Source: Psychrobacter sp. DM4 (GTDB lineage Bacteria; Pseudomonadota; Gammaproteobacteria; Pseudomonadales; Moraxellaceae). Taken from it: a stretch of 32,000 nucleotides of DNA. The notes under the pieces were generated by a model. The model saw only the letters and a program-made list of their open reading frames with translations. It was not told where the DNA came from and did no database searches. The stretch spans positions 2,130,001-2,162,000 of the forward strand of contig NZ_CP195536.1 in assembly GCF_051307035.1 (NCBI RefSeq), in the 5' to 3' direction. Below, one piece after another: positions 18,441-28,238 of the stretch (the first letter of the stretch is position 1; each line of letters starts with the position of its first letter). The translations under genes and the position numbers were made by a program.

Positions 18441-18476
18441 GAATGATTATGTATCTTAACGAGCAAGGCAATCGAT

Positions 18477-19568
18477 TTGAAAATTTTAATGGTGTTATTT
18501 TATGGCCTTAACAAGGGCGCTGGTGTTGAGCGAGTAGGTTCTATGATTGCTAACGGTCTATCTGAAGTCGGTCATGGCATAATGTTAGCCAGTATTGGAC
18601 CTTGTGATAAACCCTTCTTCCCCCTAAACGATGATATCAAAATAATTGCACTATCAGATTCTCCACGGGTTAATTTGGGCCGTATTCCTAATACAATTTA
18701 TACAATAAGAAAGCTGTTAAAAACAGAGCATATTGACACAATAATCGCGGTAGACACAAAGTCTATTCCCTATACTTTACCCGCGACTTTAGGCTTGCAA
18801 GTAAAACATATAGGCTGGGAGCATTTTAATTTTGATCCTAGCAAAGGTATGAGCAGGAGCTCTATAGTCAGACATTTAGCGGCACGATATTGCGACTCAG
18901 TGGTTACCTTGACCCAAAGAGACAAGGAACACTGGCTAAAAAATACTCGTCACAAATCACAAATAATCGCTATAGGAAATCCTTGTCCATTTCCGGCTCA
19001 AGAGTATATTAAACATAATAAAAAGATAGTGTTAGCTGTTGGTCGTTTAGATAAAGATAAAGGTTTTGACTTATTACTTGAAGCTTGGCTTCAGGTCACT
19101 ACTGTTATGCCAGAATGGACATTAAAAATAGTTGGTGAGGGTGATCAAAGAGCGAATTTAACTCAGTTTATCCAAAAAAACCAGATGATTGAGAAGGTAG
19201 AATTGGTTGGTATGACTGACAATGTGGGTCACTATTATAGGCAGGCGAAGATATTTTGCCTGAGCTCTCGGATAGAAGGGTTTGGTATGGTTTTGACGGA
19301 GGCGTTAGCTTTTGGTCTCCCTATTGTTAGCTTTGATTGTGGACCTGGTCCCGCAGAAGTTTTAGAAGATACTGGCTCTATTTTAGTGCCTAAAAACGAT
19401 GTTGACCAACTTGCTTTAGCGCTGATTAGTTTAATGAATGATGATGAGCAGCAAAGAGTTATTGGCTTAAGAGGTAAAAAGAAAGTCGAAGGGTATCAAC
19501 CTGATCATATAATAGGTAAATGGTTGGACCTACTTAAAAGCTTTGAGCAACCTAAAATATTACATTAG
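18477..19568 (+). CDS. Glycosyltransferase family 4 (GT-B, group 1)
   Basis: 363 aa with the EX7E motif EGFGMVLTEA and a typical GT4 N-terminus (M)KILMVL. TTG start at 18477 with AAGG 8 nt upstream; an alternative ATG is at 18489. Confidence 0.85.
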   Translation: MKILMVLFYGLNKGAGVERVGSMIANGLSEVGHGIMLASIGPCDKPFFPLNDDIKIIALSDSPRVNLGRIPNTIYTIRKLLKTEHIDTIIAVDTKSIPYTLPATLGLQVKHIGWEHFNFDPSKGMSRSSIVRHLAARYCDSVVTLTQRDKEHWLKNTRHKSQIIAIGNPCPFPAQEYIKHNKKIVLAVGRLDKDKGFDLLLEAWLQVTTVMPEWTLKIVGEGDQRANLTQFIQKNQMIEKVELVGMTDNVGHYYRQAKIFCLSSRIEGFGMVLTEALAFGLPIVSFDCGPGPAEVLEDTGSILVPKNDVDQLALALISLMNDDEQQRVIGLRGKKKVEGYQPDHIIGKWLDLLKSFEQPKILH

Positions 19569-19664
19569 GGCGTGTTGACTATAAAAAAGGTATAGCTATT
19601 AAAAATATTATTGACCCTTATACTTGCTATGGACAAATAAAATAGCGCTATCCAAATATTAAAT

Positions 19665-19687
19665 GCTGCCTCCTACGAAGAGACAGC
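19665..19687. terminator. Possible bidirectional terminator hairpin between the convergent GT4 and adhC genes
   Basis: GCTGCCTC-ctacgaa-GAGACAGC (8-bp stem with one mismatch) with AT-rich flanks on both sides. Confidence 0.4.
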
Positions 19688-19747
19688 ACTATTATTATCA
19701 ACCACATAGTGACTCAAAGGTAATGACAAATAAGCAGCCTTTACTTA

Positions 19748-21049
<1,302 letters not shown>

Positions 21050-21065
21050 TTACACAGTGGTAATA

Positions 21066-21941
21066 ATGATGAAATGGGATGGTATCAGTGAATTTGTTTA
21101 CGTCGCCGAATATGAGAGTTTTACGAAAGCTGCAAAAAAAATAGGCATCTCCACCGCCCAAGTGAGTCGGCAAGTAAGCGCCTTAGAGCAACGTCTCAAT
21201 ATTAAATTGCTCTATCGAACGACTCGTAAGGTCTCATTAACAGAAGAAGGCACTGTTTTTTATCAGCACTGCCGCGGAGTACTTGATGGTCTGGACGCTG
21301 CGGAGCGCGCAGTGACGCATTTACAATCAAAACCGCAGGGCATGATTAAGATGACCGCCCCTGTCACTTATGGAGAGCGGCAATTAATGCCATTGGTGAA
21401 TGACTTTATGGTGCACTATGATGATATTGAAGTCACTGCCCTATTGAGCAACCAACAGCTCGATTTGGTTGAAGGCGGCTATGATTTGGCAATTCGCATC
21501 GGAAAGCTTCGTGATTCGACCATGATGGCAAAAAAGCTGAGTAGCCGCACTAATTTTGTCTGCGCGTCGCCCTCTTATATTGAAAAACACGGCATACCGC
21601 ATTCTCTAGCTGAGCTTAGTCAACACAACTGTCTATTAGGTACGCTAGATTATTGGCACTTCAAGGCATCGGGTAAAGAGAAGAACATTCGAGTGGCAGG
21701 TAGAGTGCGCTATAACAGTGGTTATAGTTTGGTCGATGCGGCTATAAAGGGATTGGGTATTGTGCAACTGCCTGATTATTACGTGCAAAAGCACTTAGAG
21801 TCGGGAGAGCTTGTCAGCTTATTAGATAACTTTAGAGAACCTAAAGAAGGTATTTGGGCCGTCTATCCTCATAATCGCCATTTGTCGCCAAAAATTAGGC
21901 TGCTACTAGATTATTTAGCAGCACATTTATCTACACCCTAA
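21066..21941 (+). CDS. LysR-family transcriptional regulator
   Basis: N-terminal wHTH FTKAAKKIGISTAQVSRQVSALEQRL plus a LysR substrate-binding domain. Divergent from adhC. The ATG at 21066 or 21069 is preferred over the track's GTG at 21057. Confidence 0.9.
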   Translation: MMKWDGISEFVYVAEYESFTKAAKKIGISTAQVSRQVSALEQRLNIKLLYRTTRKVSLTEEGTVFYQHCRGVLDGLDAAERAVTHLQSKPQGMIKMTAPVTYGERQLMPLVNDFMVHYDDIEVTALLSNQQLDLVEGGYDLAIRIGKLRDSTMMAKKLSSRTNFVCASPSYIEKHGIPHSLAELSQHNCLLGTLDYWHFKASGKEKNIRVAGRVRYNSGYSLVDAAIKGLGIVQLPDYYVQKHLESGELVSLLDNFREPKEGIWAVYPHNRHLSPKIRLLLDYLAAHLSTP

Positions 21942-22200
21942 CTGGGTGATAGTCAAAACTACCCGACTCAATCCTTTTTTATCAGTAGCACGCTGGCATA
22001 GCGGTATTCTTTTTATTTGGGATTAACTATATCAATAAAGCTTACTATTACTGTAGGGTAAAAGTTATTTTCTTTTTAGACCCATTATCTTTTGTACGGA
22101 ATAACGTATGATAGTCGCTATCGTAGAATAACGCAGTAGACCTGCTCAGTCTAAGCAGATTATTATTGATAAATCATCTATAGCTAAAGAGTCTATTGCT

Positions 22201-22232
22201 AAGGAGATAGGGACGTTAAAGAGATAAGGACG
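22201..22232 (+). repeat. Tandem purine-rich 15-nt repeat (2 copies, 17-nt period)
   Basis: AAGGAGATAGGGACG (22201-22215), tt, AAAGAGATAAGGACG (22218-22232); 13 of 15 positions are identical. Confidence 0.7.
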
Positions 22233-22295
22233 CATTATCGTAACTTATTATGGTGCCCCATAGCGCTCAACCCGCAAATATCAGTAGCAATATTA

Positions 22296-22576
22296 TAGGG
22301 TCTGTTAAACATTCAAATATTAGGACTGCTGATCGCTAAAATCGCATCAAACTTTTTATTAGATCAGGCGTAAATCGACGATAATATCGAGACCTTAGCT
22401 AGGGTTATAACAACGTTTGGGGTGATTTTAGTATCAGCCTTTCAGGGCAGGGCTATTTTTTGTCAATACATGGCGAAATTGTCTACCCTAGAATGACTAG
22501 GCCTCAAAAATTTCACTGCGTATTGTCTAAAAAATAACTACCGCCAGTGCCACATTTGAATGTTCAACAGACCCTA
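22296..22576. mobile_element. MITE-like element: 281 bp bounded by 25-bp terminal inverted repeats
   Basis: TAGGGTCTGTTAAACATTCAAATAT (22296-22320) against the reverse complement of 22552-22576 (TAGGGTCTGTTGAACATTCAAATGT), with 23 of 25 positions matching. No ORF lies inside and no clear target-site duplication was seen. Confidence 0.4.
22436..22461 (+). terminator. Weak terminator-like hairpin plus T6 inside the gene-free region
   Basis: AGCCTT-tcagggc-AGGGCT (6-bp stem including one G-U) followed by A and TTTTTT. Confidence 0.3.
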
Positions 22577-22650
22577 ATTTTTGACCTACTCAGATACCGA
22601 TAGTCTCAATCCAAATATAAAAAATACAATGCACTAGGAGTCGCTTTTTT

Positions 22651-25185
22651 ATGGCCACCAATAACACCCAACATACTAAAAAAGATGTCATCTGTAACGC
22701 CGACCACAGTGTTCGAGTAAGAGGCGCACGCGTTCATAATTTAAAGAATATCGATGTGGATTTACCTCGTGATGCACTAGTCGTGTTTACGGGTATCTCA
22801 GGATCTGGTAAATCCTCACTTGCCTTTGGCACTTTATTTGCTGAGTCGCAGCGTCGTTATTTGGATTCAGTATCCCCTTATGCGCGTCGATTAATAGATC
22901 AGGTTGATGAGCCTGATGTGGATACAATAGAAGGTCTGCCGCCAGCCGTTGCCCTACAACAACAGCGAGGAACGCCCTCCGTGCGCTCATCAGTGGGCAG
23001 TGTTACGACCATCTCAAATGGGCTACGCATGCTCTATTCAAGAGCTGGAGACTATCCTGCCGAGCAAGAGATATTATATGCCGATGCGTTTTCTCCCAAC
23101 ACACCCGAGGGTGCTTGCCCTACTTGCTCCGGTATTGGCCGCGTGTTTGAAGTCACAGAAGAGCTACTGGTGCCAGATAATACCAAGACCATCCGCGAGC
23201 GTGCTATCGCAGCATGGCCACCCGCATGGCAAGGCAAAAACCTTGCTCGTATCTTGACTACGCTTGGCTACGATATCGATATACCTTGGCATAAACTGCC
23301 AAAACAGACCCGCGATTGGATCTTGTTTACAGATGAAACGCCAACCGTTCCTGTTTACTCTAAATACAGCCTTGAGCAAGTACAAGAAGCGATTAAAAAT
23401 GACGAGAAGCCCAATTATAGGGGTACGTTTTCGAGTGCAAAGCGCTTTATATTGCACTCTTTTACCACAACTCAAAGCCCACTGACTAAAAAGCGCGTTT
23501 CTCAATTTATGCAAATCTCTGTGTGTCCAAAATGTGAGGGCAAAAAACTAAAAAAAGAATCCTTATCCGTGACTTTTGCAGGACTCGATATTGGCGAGCT
23601 GTCGCAACTGAGCTTTGATGAATTGGCGCACGCGTTAGAGGCGACCGCCAATAAACCCCTAACAGATACTATGGTAAATCGTGAAAAGGCTATCGTCGCT
23701 CAGCGCATTGCTAGCGATATTCTCTCTCGGGTAAAGGCGCTGACCCTATTGGGCTTGGGATACTTATCGCTTGAGCGTACTACACCGACCTTATCTCCTG
23801 GTGAGTTACAACGCTTGCGCTTAGCCACTCAAATTCGCTCACAACTTTTTGGGGTGGTTTATGTCCTAGATGAGCCCTCAGCAGGTCTTCATCCAGCAGA
23901 TACCCAAGCACTACTAAGTGCCTTAGATGAGCTCATCGCTGCTGGTAACTCAGTGTTTGTCGTCGAGCATGATGTAAGCGTCATCAGACATGCTGATTGG
24001 ATCGTAGACGTTGGCCCCAATGCGGGTACTCATGGCGGCGAGGTGATTTATAGTGGCCCTGTAGAGGGATTGCGCGACGTGACTCACTCGCATACTAGCC
24101 GCTATCTGTTCAGCACTGACGCTATCGCAAAACGCACACCAAGAGAGCCTGCAGCGTGGCTTAAACTTACAGGGATTACGCGTAATAACTTACAAGAGCT
24201 GGATGTCGATTTTCCATTGGGTGTGATGACTACTGTCACGGGTGTATCAGGTTCAGGCAAGTCGAGTCTGGTGAGTCAAGCTTTGGTAGAGCTTGTCTAT
24301 GAGGCTCTAGGGCAGAAACAAACGGTTGAAGCTCCAACTGGCGAAGCCGATCTACTTGAGCAAGAGTTGGAGACGCCAACCGGCGGACAAATCACTGACG
24401 GTATGGACGATGTCAAACGACTGGTAACCGTCGATCAAAAAGCCATTGGGCGTACGCCGCGCTCAAACCTCGCTACCTATACCGGATTGTTTGATCATGT
24501 CCGTAAGTTATTCGCGTCAACGAGCGAGGCAAAATCTCGTCGTTACAACGCAGGGCGTTTTTCATTCAATACGACGAAAGGTCGTTGTCCTAATTGTGAA
24601 GGCTTAGGCTTTGTCAGTGTTGAGCTGTTGTTTCTGCCTAGCGTCTACTCACCTTGCCAAATCTGTCATGGACAGCGCTACAATAAGGAAACGCTAGAGG
24701 TCATGTATCGTGACAAAAACATTGCCGATGTGCTGGCCCTCACTGTGGAATCGGCTCATGAGTTCTTTGTCGATGACCCTGCTATCTTGCGGGCATTAAG
24801 TGCGCTGTTACAAGTCGGACTTGGCTACTTACGACTGGGTCAACCAGCAACCGAATTATCAGGCGGTGAAGCCCAGCGCATAAAACTGGCTACCGAATTG
24901 CAGCGAACGCAGCGCGGCGATACGCTGTATATCCTTGATGAGCCGACAACAGGTTTGCACCCAAAAGATGTCTCTATGCTAATGGCGCAATTAAATGGGC
25001 TGGTCGATGCCGGTAACAGCGTTATCATGGTCGAACACGACATGCAGGTTGCAAGTAATAGCGACTGGGTGATTGATATCGGTCCTGGTGCAGGGGACGC
25101 GGGTGGTCGTATTGTAGCGCAAGGGTTACCCAAAACAATCGCTAAATCAAAGATTAGCCGAACCGCACCTTTTATTCGCCAATAA
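22651..25185 (+). CDS. uvrA: UvrA-family ABC ATPase, class II (UvrA2-type, lacks the UvrB-binding domain)
   Basis: 844 aa with two Walker A motifs ([18 protein letters not shown]), two ABC signatures ([24 protein letters not shown]) and zinc modules (CPTC...CPKC; CPNC...CQIC). Only about 14 residues lie between ...LYSRAGD and [15 protein letters not shown], whereas E. coli UvrA (940 aa, from memory) has about 140 residues there, forming the UvrB-binding domain. Confidence 0.9.
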   Translation: MATNNTQHTKKDVICNADHSVRVRGARVHNLKNIDVDLPRDALVVFTGISGSGKSSLAFGTLFAESQRRYLDSVSPYARRLIDQVDEPDVDTIEGLPPAVALQQQRGTPSVRSSVGSVTTISNGLRMLYSRAGDYPAEQEILYADAFSPNTPEGACPTCSGIGRVFEVTEELLVPDNTKTIRERAIAAWPPAWQGKNLARILTTLGYDIDIPWHKLPKQTRDWILFTDETPTVPVYSKYSLEQVQEAIKNDEKPNYRGTFSSAKRFILHSFTTTQSPLTKKRVSQFMQISVCPKCEGKKLKKESLSVTFAGLDIGELSQLSFDELAHALEATANKPLTDTMVNREKAIVAQRIASDILSRVKALTLLGLGYLSLERTTPTLSPGELQRLRLATQIRSQLFGVVYVLDEPSAGLHPADTQALLSALDELIAAGNSVFVVEHDVSVIRHADWIVDVGPNAGTHGGEVIYSGPVEGLRDVTHSHTSRYLFSTDAIAKRTPREPAAWLKLTGITRNNLQELDVDFPLGVMTTVTGVSGSGKSSLVSQALVELVYEALGQKQTVEAPTGEADLLEQELETPTGGQITDGMDDVKRLVTVDQKAIGRTPRSNLATYTGLFDHVRKLFASTSEAKSRRYNAGRFSFNTTKGRCPNCEGLGFVSVELLFLPSVYSPCQICHGQRYNKETLEVMYRDKNIADVLALTVESAHEFFVDDPAILRALSALLQVGLGYLRLGQPATELSGGEAQRIKLATELQRTQRGDTLYILDEPTTGLHPKDVSMLMAQLNGLVDAGNSVIMVEHDMQVASNSDWVIDIGPGAGDAGGRIVAQGLPKTIAKSKISRTAPFIRQ

Positions 25186-25213
25186 CGTCCGTCATAACCT
25201 TTTTACGATAGTA

Positions 25214-25256
25214 CAAAACGGCAGCGATAATCCATTTATCGCTGCCGTTTTGTTTG
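25214..25256 (+). terminator. Rho-independent terminator of the uvrA-like gene
   Basis: Perfect 17-bp stem CAAAACGGCAGCGATAA / TTATCGCTGCCGTTTTG with loop tccat, followed by TTTG. Confidence 0.85.
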
Positions 25257-25434
25257 ATGTCATTCGATATTTGAGCGACCTATAGGTAGCGTTTTGTCGT
25301 TGCCATCTAGATTAGAACCAATAGAGCCGATTTCAGCTTTATGCACTCGTAGCTTCCAAATAGAGGTACGCTCTTATCTATCCAAGAGCAGGAAATAGCT
25401 TTAAAATCATGAGTCACAAACAAGGCTTTTATCA

Positions 25435-25650
25435 TCAGACTTTCGGCTTTGCAGATATTATTTTAGTTGCTATGGATAGGATGCAAAGTCCGACCGCTAG
25501 TATTGCCAGCATAAAGGATAACGGCAAAAAGAAGCTTTCTTGTAATACACCATCAGTATTAACATCATTATAAAGCACACTCTCCAGTAGCCCTGATAAA
25601 CCAGATAAAAACAACAGTACGAGCACCGCGATGGTCAGCTTAGACTTCAT
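25435..25650 (-). CDS. Small hypothetical membrane protein (two predicted TM helices)
   Basis: 71 aa with hydrophobic stretches LTIAVLVLLFLSGLSGLL and FFLPLSFMLAILAVGLCILSIA. Weak SD (GGAAAAG). No family recognised. Confidence 0.5.
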   Translation of the reverse strand: MKSKLTIAVLVLLFLSGLSGLLESVLYNDVNTDGVLQESFFLPLSFMLAILAVGLCILSIATKIISAKPKV

Positions 25651-25815
25651 AATAACTTTTCCATTTGATGGTTTGTAAGGTTAAGCCAATACAAAAAACT
25701 GAGCCGCTTAGTTCTATTGTATAAGTATTTTATGCTTGGACGGGTTATCCAACTACTGTAAATGCTATAGTTAGTCTCAGACAACTTATTACTATTTTAT
25801 TTTTGGGAGATCATT

Positions 25816-26712
25816 ATGTCGTATAAGAATGTCACCGTCGCGGGAAGTGGTGTTTTGGGTTATCAAATTGCCTTTCAAGCCGCGTATCATGGTTTTAATG
25901 TCACGGTTTACGATATCAATGATGAGGTCTTAGAGCAAGCAAAGTCAAAGTTTAAAGGGATGTGTAAAGCCTTTAGAAAAGATTTGAGAGCGACGCAAGC
26001 GCAGCTAGATAAGACTTTTGATAATCTTAGTTATACCTCAGATCTTGCAGAAGCAGTCAAAGACGCTGATTTGATGATTGAAGCGATTCCTGAGATTCCA
26101 GAGATCAAAATCGAATTCTATGAAAAACTGGCTAAGCTTGCACCAGAGAAAACTATATTTGCAACCAATACCTCCACACTACTCCCAAGCCAGTTCGCTG
26201 AATCAACGGGGCGACCTGCTCAGTTCTTAGCGCTTCATTTTGCCAATAAAATTTGGATGCATAACGTTGCCGAAATCATGGGGCATCCTGGAACAGATCC
26301 CAAAGTATTTGATGAGGTGGTGGCGTTTGCAACTGCTATCGGTATGGTGCCGATGCCGCTGTACAAAGAGCAACCCGGCTACATTATGAATAGCTTATTA
26401 GCGCCTTTTATAGACGCAGGTTTGCAACTACTGGCCAAAGAGGTTGCCGATCCGCATACGATTGATAAGACCTGGATGATAGTGACGGGTGCTCCTGTAG
26501 GACCATTCGGTATCTTGGATACCATAGGGATCAATACGGCCTACAACATCACCAAGATGTCTGCTGAGAGGACTCAAAGTCCTGTGCGGTTTAAAGCAGT
26601 TAAATATCTAAAAGAGCAGTTGATCGATCAAAATAAATTAGGCGCGGCAACTGGCGAAGGATTTTATACCTATCCCAATCCTGCTTTTATGCATCCTGAT
26701 TTTTTGAAGTAG
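25816..26712 (+). CDS. 3-hydroxyacyl-CoA / 3-hydroxybutyryl-CoA dehydrogenase-family NAD-dependent oxidoreductase
   Basis: 298 aa with N-terminal Rossmann VTVAGSGVLGYQIA and the family-typical blocks IEAIPE, ATNTS and HFANK. GGGAG SD upstream. Confidence 0.85.
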   Translation: MSYKNVTVAGSGVLGYQIAFQAAYHGFNVTVYDINDEVLEQAKSKFKGMCKAFRKDLRATQAQLDKTFDNLSYTSDLAEAVKDADLMIEAIPEIPEIKIEFYEKLAKLAPEKTIFATNTSTLLPSQFAESTGRPAQFLALHFANKIWMHNVAEIMGHPGTDPKVFDEVVAFATAIGMVPMPLYKEQPGYIMNSLLAPFIDAGLQLLAKEVADPHTIDKTWMIVTGAPVGPFGILDTIGINTAYNITKMSAERTQSPVRFKAVKYLKEQLIDQNKLGAATGEGFYTYPNPAFMHPDFLK

Positions 26713-26879
26713 TAGACCGCTTGGCTTAAATATCATTTTGCTTTGGTTGGTGTAGACATTTAGAGCGTTGTCGATGTTAGTCTCTTGCACGCGTGTCTTT
26801 TGCACGTATACCAACATATTACTGCGTCTGCACTTATCAAGTAGAGCATACAAGTGAGGGTAGCCGCCAAAGTCAGTAG

Positions 26880-26888
26880 TGATATAAT
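26880..26888 (+). promoter_or_regulatory. Extended -10 promoter element upstream of ppiC
   Basis: TGATATAAT (TGn + consensus TATAAT), 36 nt upstream of the ppiC ATG. No good -35 element. Confidence 0.45.
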
Positions 26889-26924
26889 GTCCTAACACTC
26901 GATATTTTGTAAAAGGTTTACCTT

Positions 26925-27203
26925 ATGGCTCGTACCGCTAGTGCATTACACATTTTAGTAAAAAATAAAGAACAGGCAGAAGACATTATTGCCAAACTTA
27001 AAAAAGGCGCTCAGTTTGATGTGCTAGCCAAACAGCACTCAACCTGCCCATCAGGTAAAAAAGGTGGCAGCTTGGGTGAGTTTCAACAAGGCGATATGGT
27101 TCCCGCATTTGATAAAATTTGCTTCAATGGCAAACTCTTTACCCCGCATTTAGTAAAAACTAAATTTGGCTGGCATGTGGTCAAAGTACTTTATAGGACA
27201 TAG
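26925..27203 (+). CDS. ppiC: Peptidyl-prolyl cis-trans isomerase C (parvulin)
   Basis: 92 aa, colinear with E. coli PpiC (93 aa, from memory): ALHILV, CPS.KKGG.LGEF, GWHVVKVLYR. Confidence 0.92.
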   Translation: MARTASALHILVKNKEQAEDIIAKLKKGAQFDVLAKQHSTCPSGKKGGSLGEFQQGDMVPAFDKICFNGKLFTPHLVKTKFGWHVVKVLYRT

Positions 27204-27246
27204 GCGTTTAGGACATAGGCGTTTAAAACATAGGCGTTAGCGTTAG
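27195..27246 (+). repeat. Tandem 15-nt repeat (about 3.5 copies) spanning the ppiC stop codon
   Basis: AGGACATAGGCGTTT x2 (27195-27224), AAAACATAGGCGTTA (27225-27239), then GCGTTAG. Gives in-frame TAG codons at 27201, 27216 and 27231. Confidence 0.85.
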
Positions 27247-27285
27247 AGCACTGAAAAATAGCCATCAAAAACAGGCATTGAGCAC

Positions 27286-28056
27286 ATGGATATCGAAAGC
27301 GGTACCGCCAATCAAATCGCTAATCAAATAGACATTATCTATGAAGATGAGTCTCTTGTAGCGATTAACAAAGAGGCGGGTTTACTCGTGCATCGCAGTT
27401 GGCTGGATAAAGGCGAGACGCGCTTTGCCATGCAACTCACCCGTGATGCGGTAGGCTGCCATGTGTTTCCAGTGCACAGGTTAGATAAACCAACATCAGG
27501 CGTATTGTTGTTTGCCAAGAGCTCAGCTGTGGCGCGTAGCCTTAGTGAAGCTTTTACTGAACGCACAGTGACCAAGCAATATCTAGCTGTGGTACGCGGT
27601 TATATGCCAGAAGAAGGCGTCATCGATTATGCCTTGAGCTTCAAGCCTGATGCGATTGCCGATAAGTTTGCCAACTTGGACAAACCCGCTCAAGAGGCAG
27701 TGACCCATTGGCGACGTTTGGCACAGATTGAGTTGCCATTTGCGGTATCAAAGAAGCATAACACCAGTCGCTACAGCCTAGTGCGCTTGACACCAGATAC
27801 TGGGCGCAAGCATCAGCTGCGTCGGCACATGAGACATGTATTTCATCATATCGTGGGTGATACTAGCCACGGCGACGGGCGACATAATCGATTTTTTCGT
27901 ACTCAGTATAGTTGCGAGCGCATGCTTCTTCATGCCCAGAATTTGGCGCTTAGCCATCCTGTCACTGGCGAGCCCTTGGTGCTAACAGCAGGATTGGACG
28001 ATCAATGGATGAACGTCTTGGAGGAGTTCTCTTGGATAGAGAGCGCTAAAATGTAG
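27286..28056 (+). CDS. truC: tRNA pseudouridine(65) synthase TruC (RluA family)
   Basis: 256 aa with the catalytic motif HRLDKPTSGVLLFAKS. N-terminal IIYEDESLVAINKEAGLLVHRSWLD and overall colinearity with E. coli TruC by recollection. Confidence 0.85.
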   Translation: MDIESGTANQIANQIDIIYEDESLVAINKEAGLLVHRSWLDKGETRFAMQLTRDAVGCHVFPVHRLDKPTSGVLLFAKSSAVARSLSEAFTERTVTKQYLAVVRGYMPEEGVIDYALSFKPDAIADKFANLDKPAQEAVTHWRRLAQIELPFAVSKKHNTSRYSLVRLTPDTGRKHQLRRHMRHVFHHIVGDTSHGDGRHNRFFRTQYSCERMLLHAQNLALSHPVTGEPLVLTAGLDDQWMNVLEEFSWIESAKM

Positions 28057-28238
28057 GCAAAGTAAAGTTTAGAGTTAATTTTAGAGACTCCTACCAAAGG
28101 ATTTGAAATCTTGGCTCCATAACTAAGCAGGTTCTATCAGTATTCAATGCGCTATACGGGCATTAAATCACTAGTGTTAGATATAAACTTAACAAGTATA
28201 AAATTAATAGCATGAGCCATTATGATCAAAATGCTTGA

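Noticed and set aside
16350-19747. Intact integrative island at tRNA-Val (integrase plus attL/attR)
   Set aside because: No integrase-like ORF was found, and by eye there is no direct repeat of the tRNA 3' end (…TCGAATCTGCTTATGCCTACCA) downstream. Only a weaker eroded-remnant hypothesis is kept as a finding.
25409-25576. Plus-strand ORF of about 55 aa (MSHKQGFYHQTFGF...) antisense to the small membrane protein gene
   Set aside because: It is shorter than the track threshold, has no SD, and mirrors the hydrophobic gene on the other strand. I cannot distinguish it from noise.
26638-26898. 86-aa minus-strand ORF overlapping the 3' end of the hbd-like gene and the ppiC promoter region
   Set aside because: No RBS and no recognisable family. 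It overlaps a solid gene and the extended -10 promoter of ppiC, so it is probably spurious.
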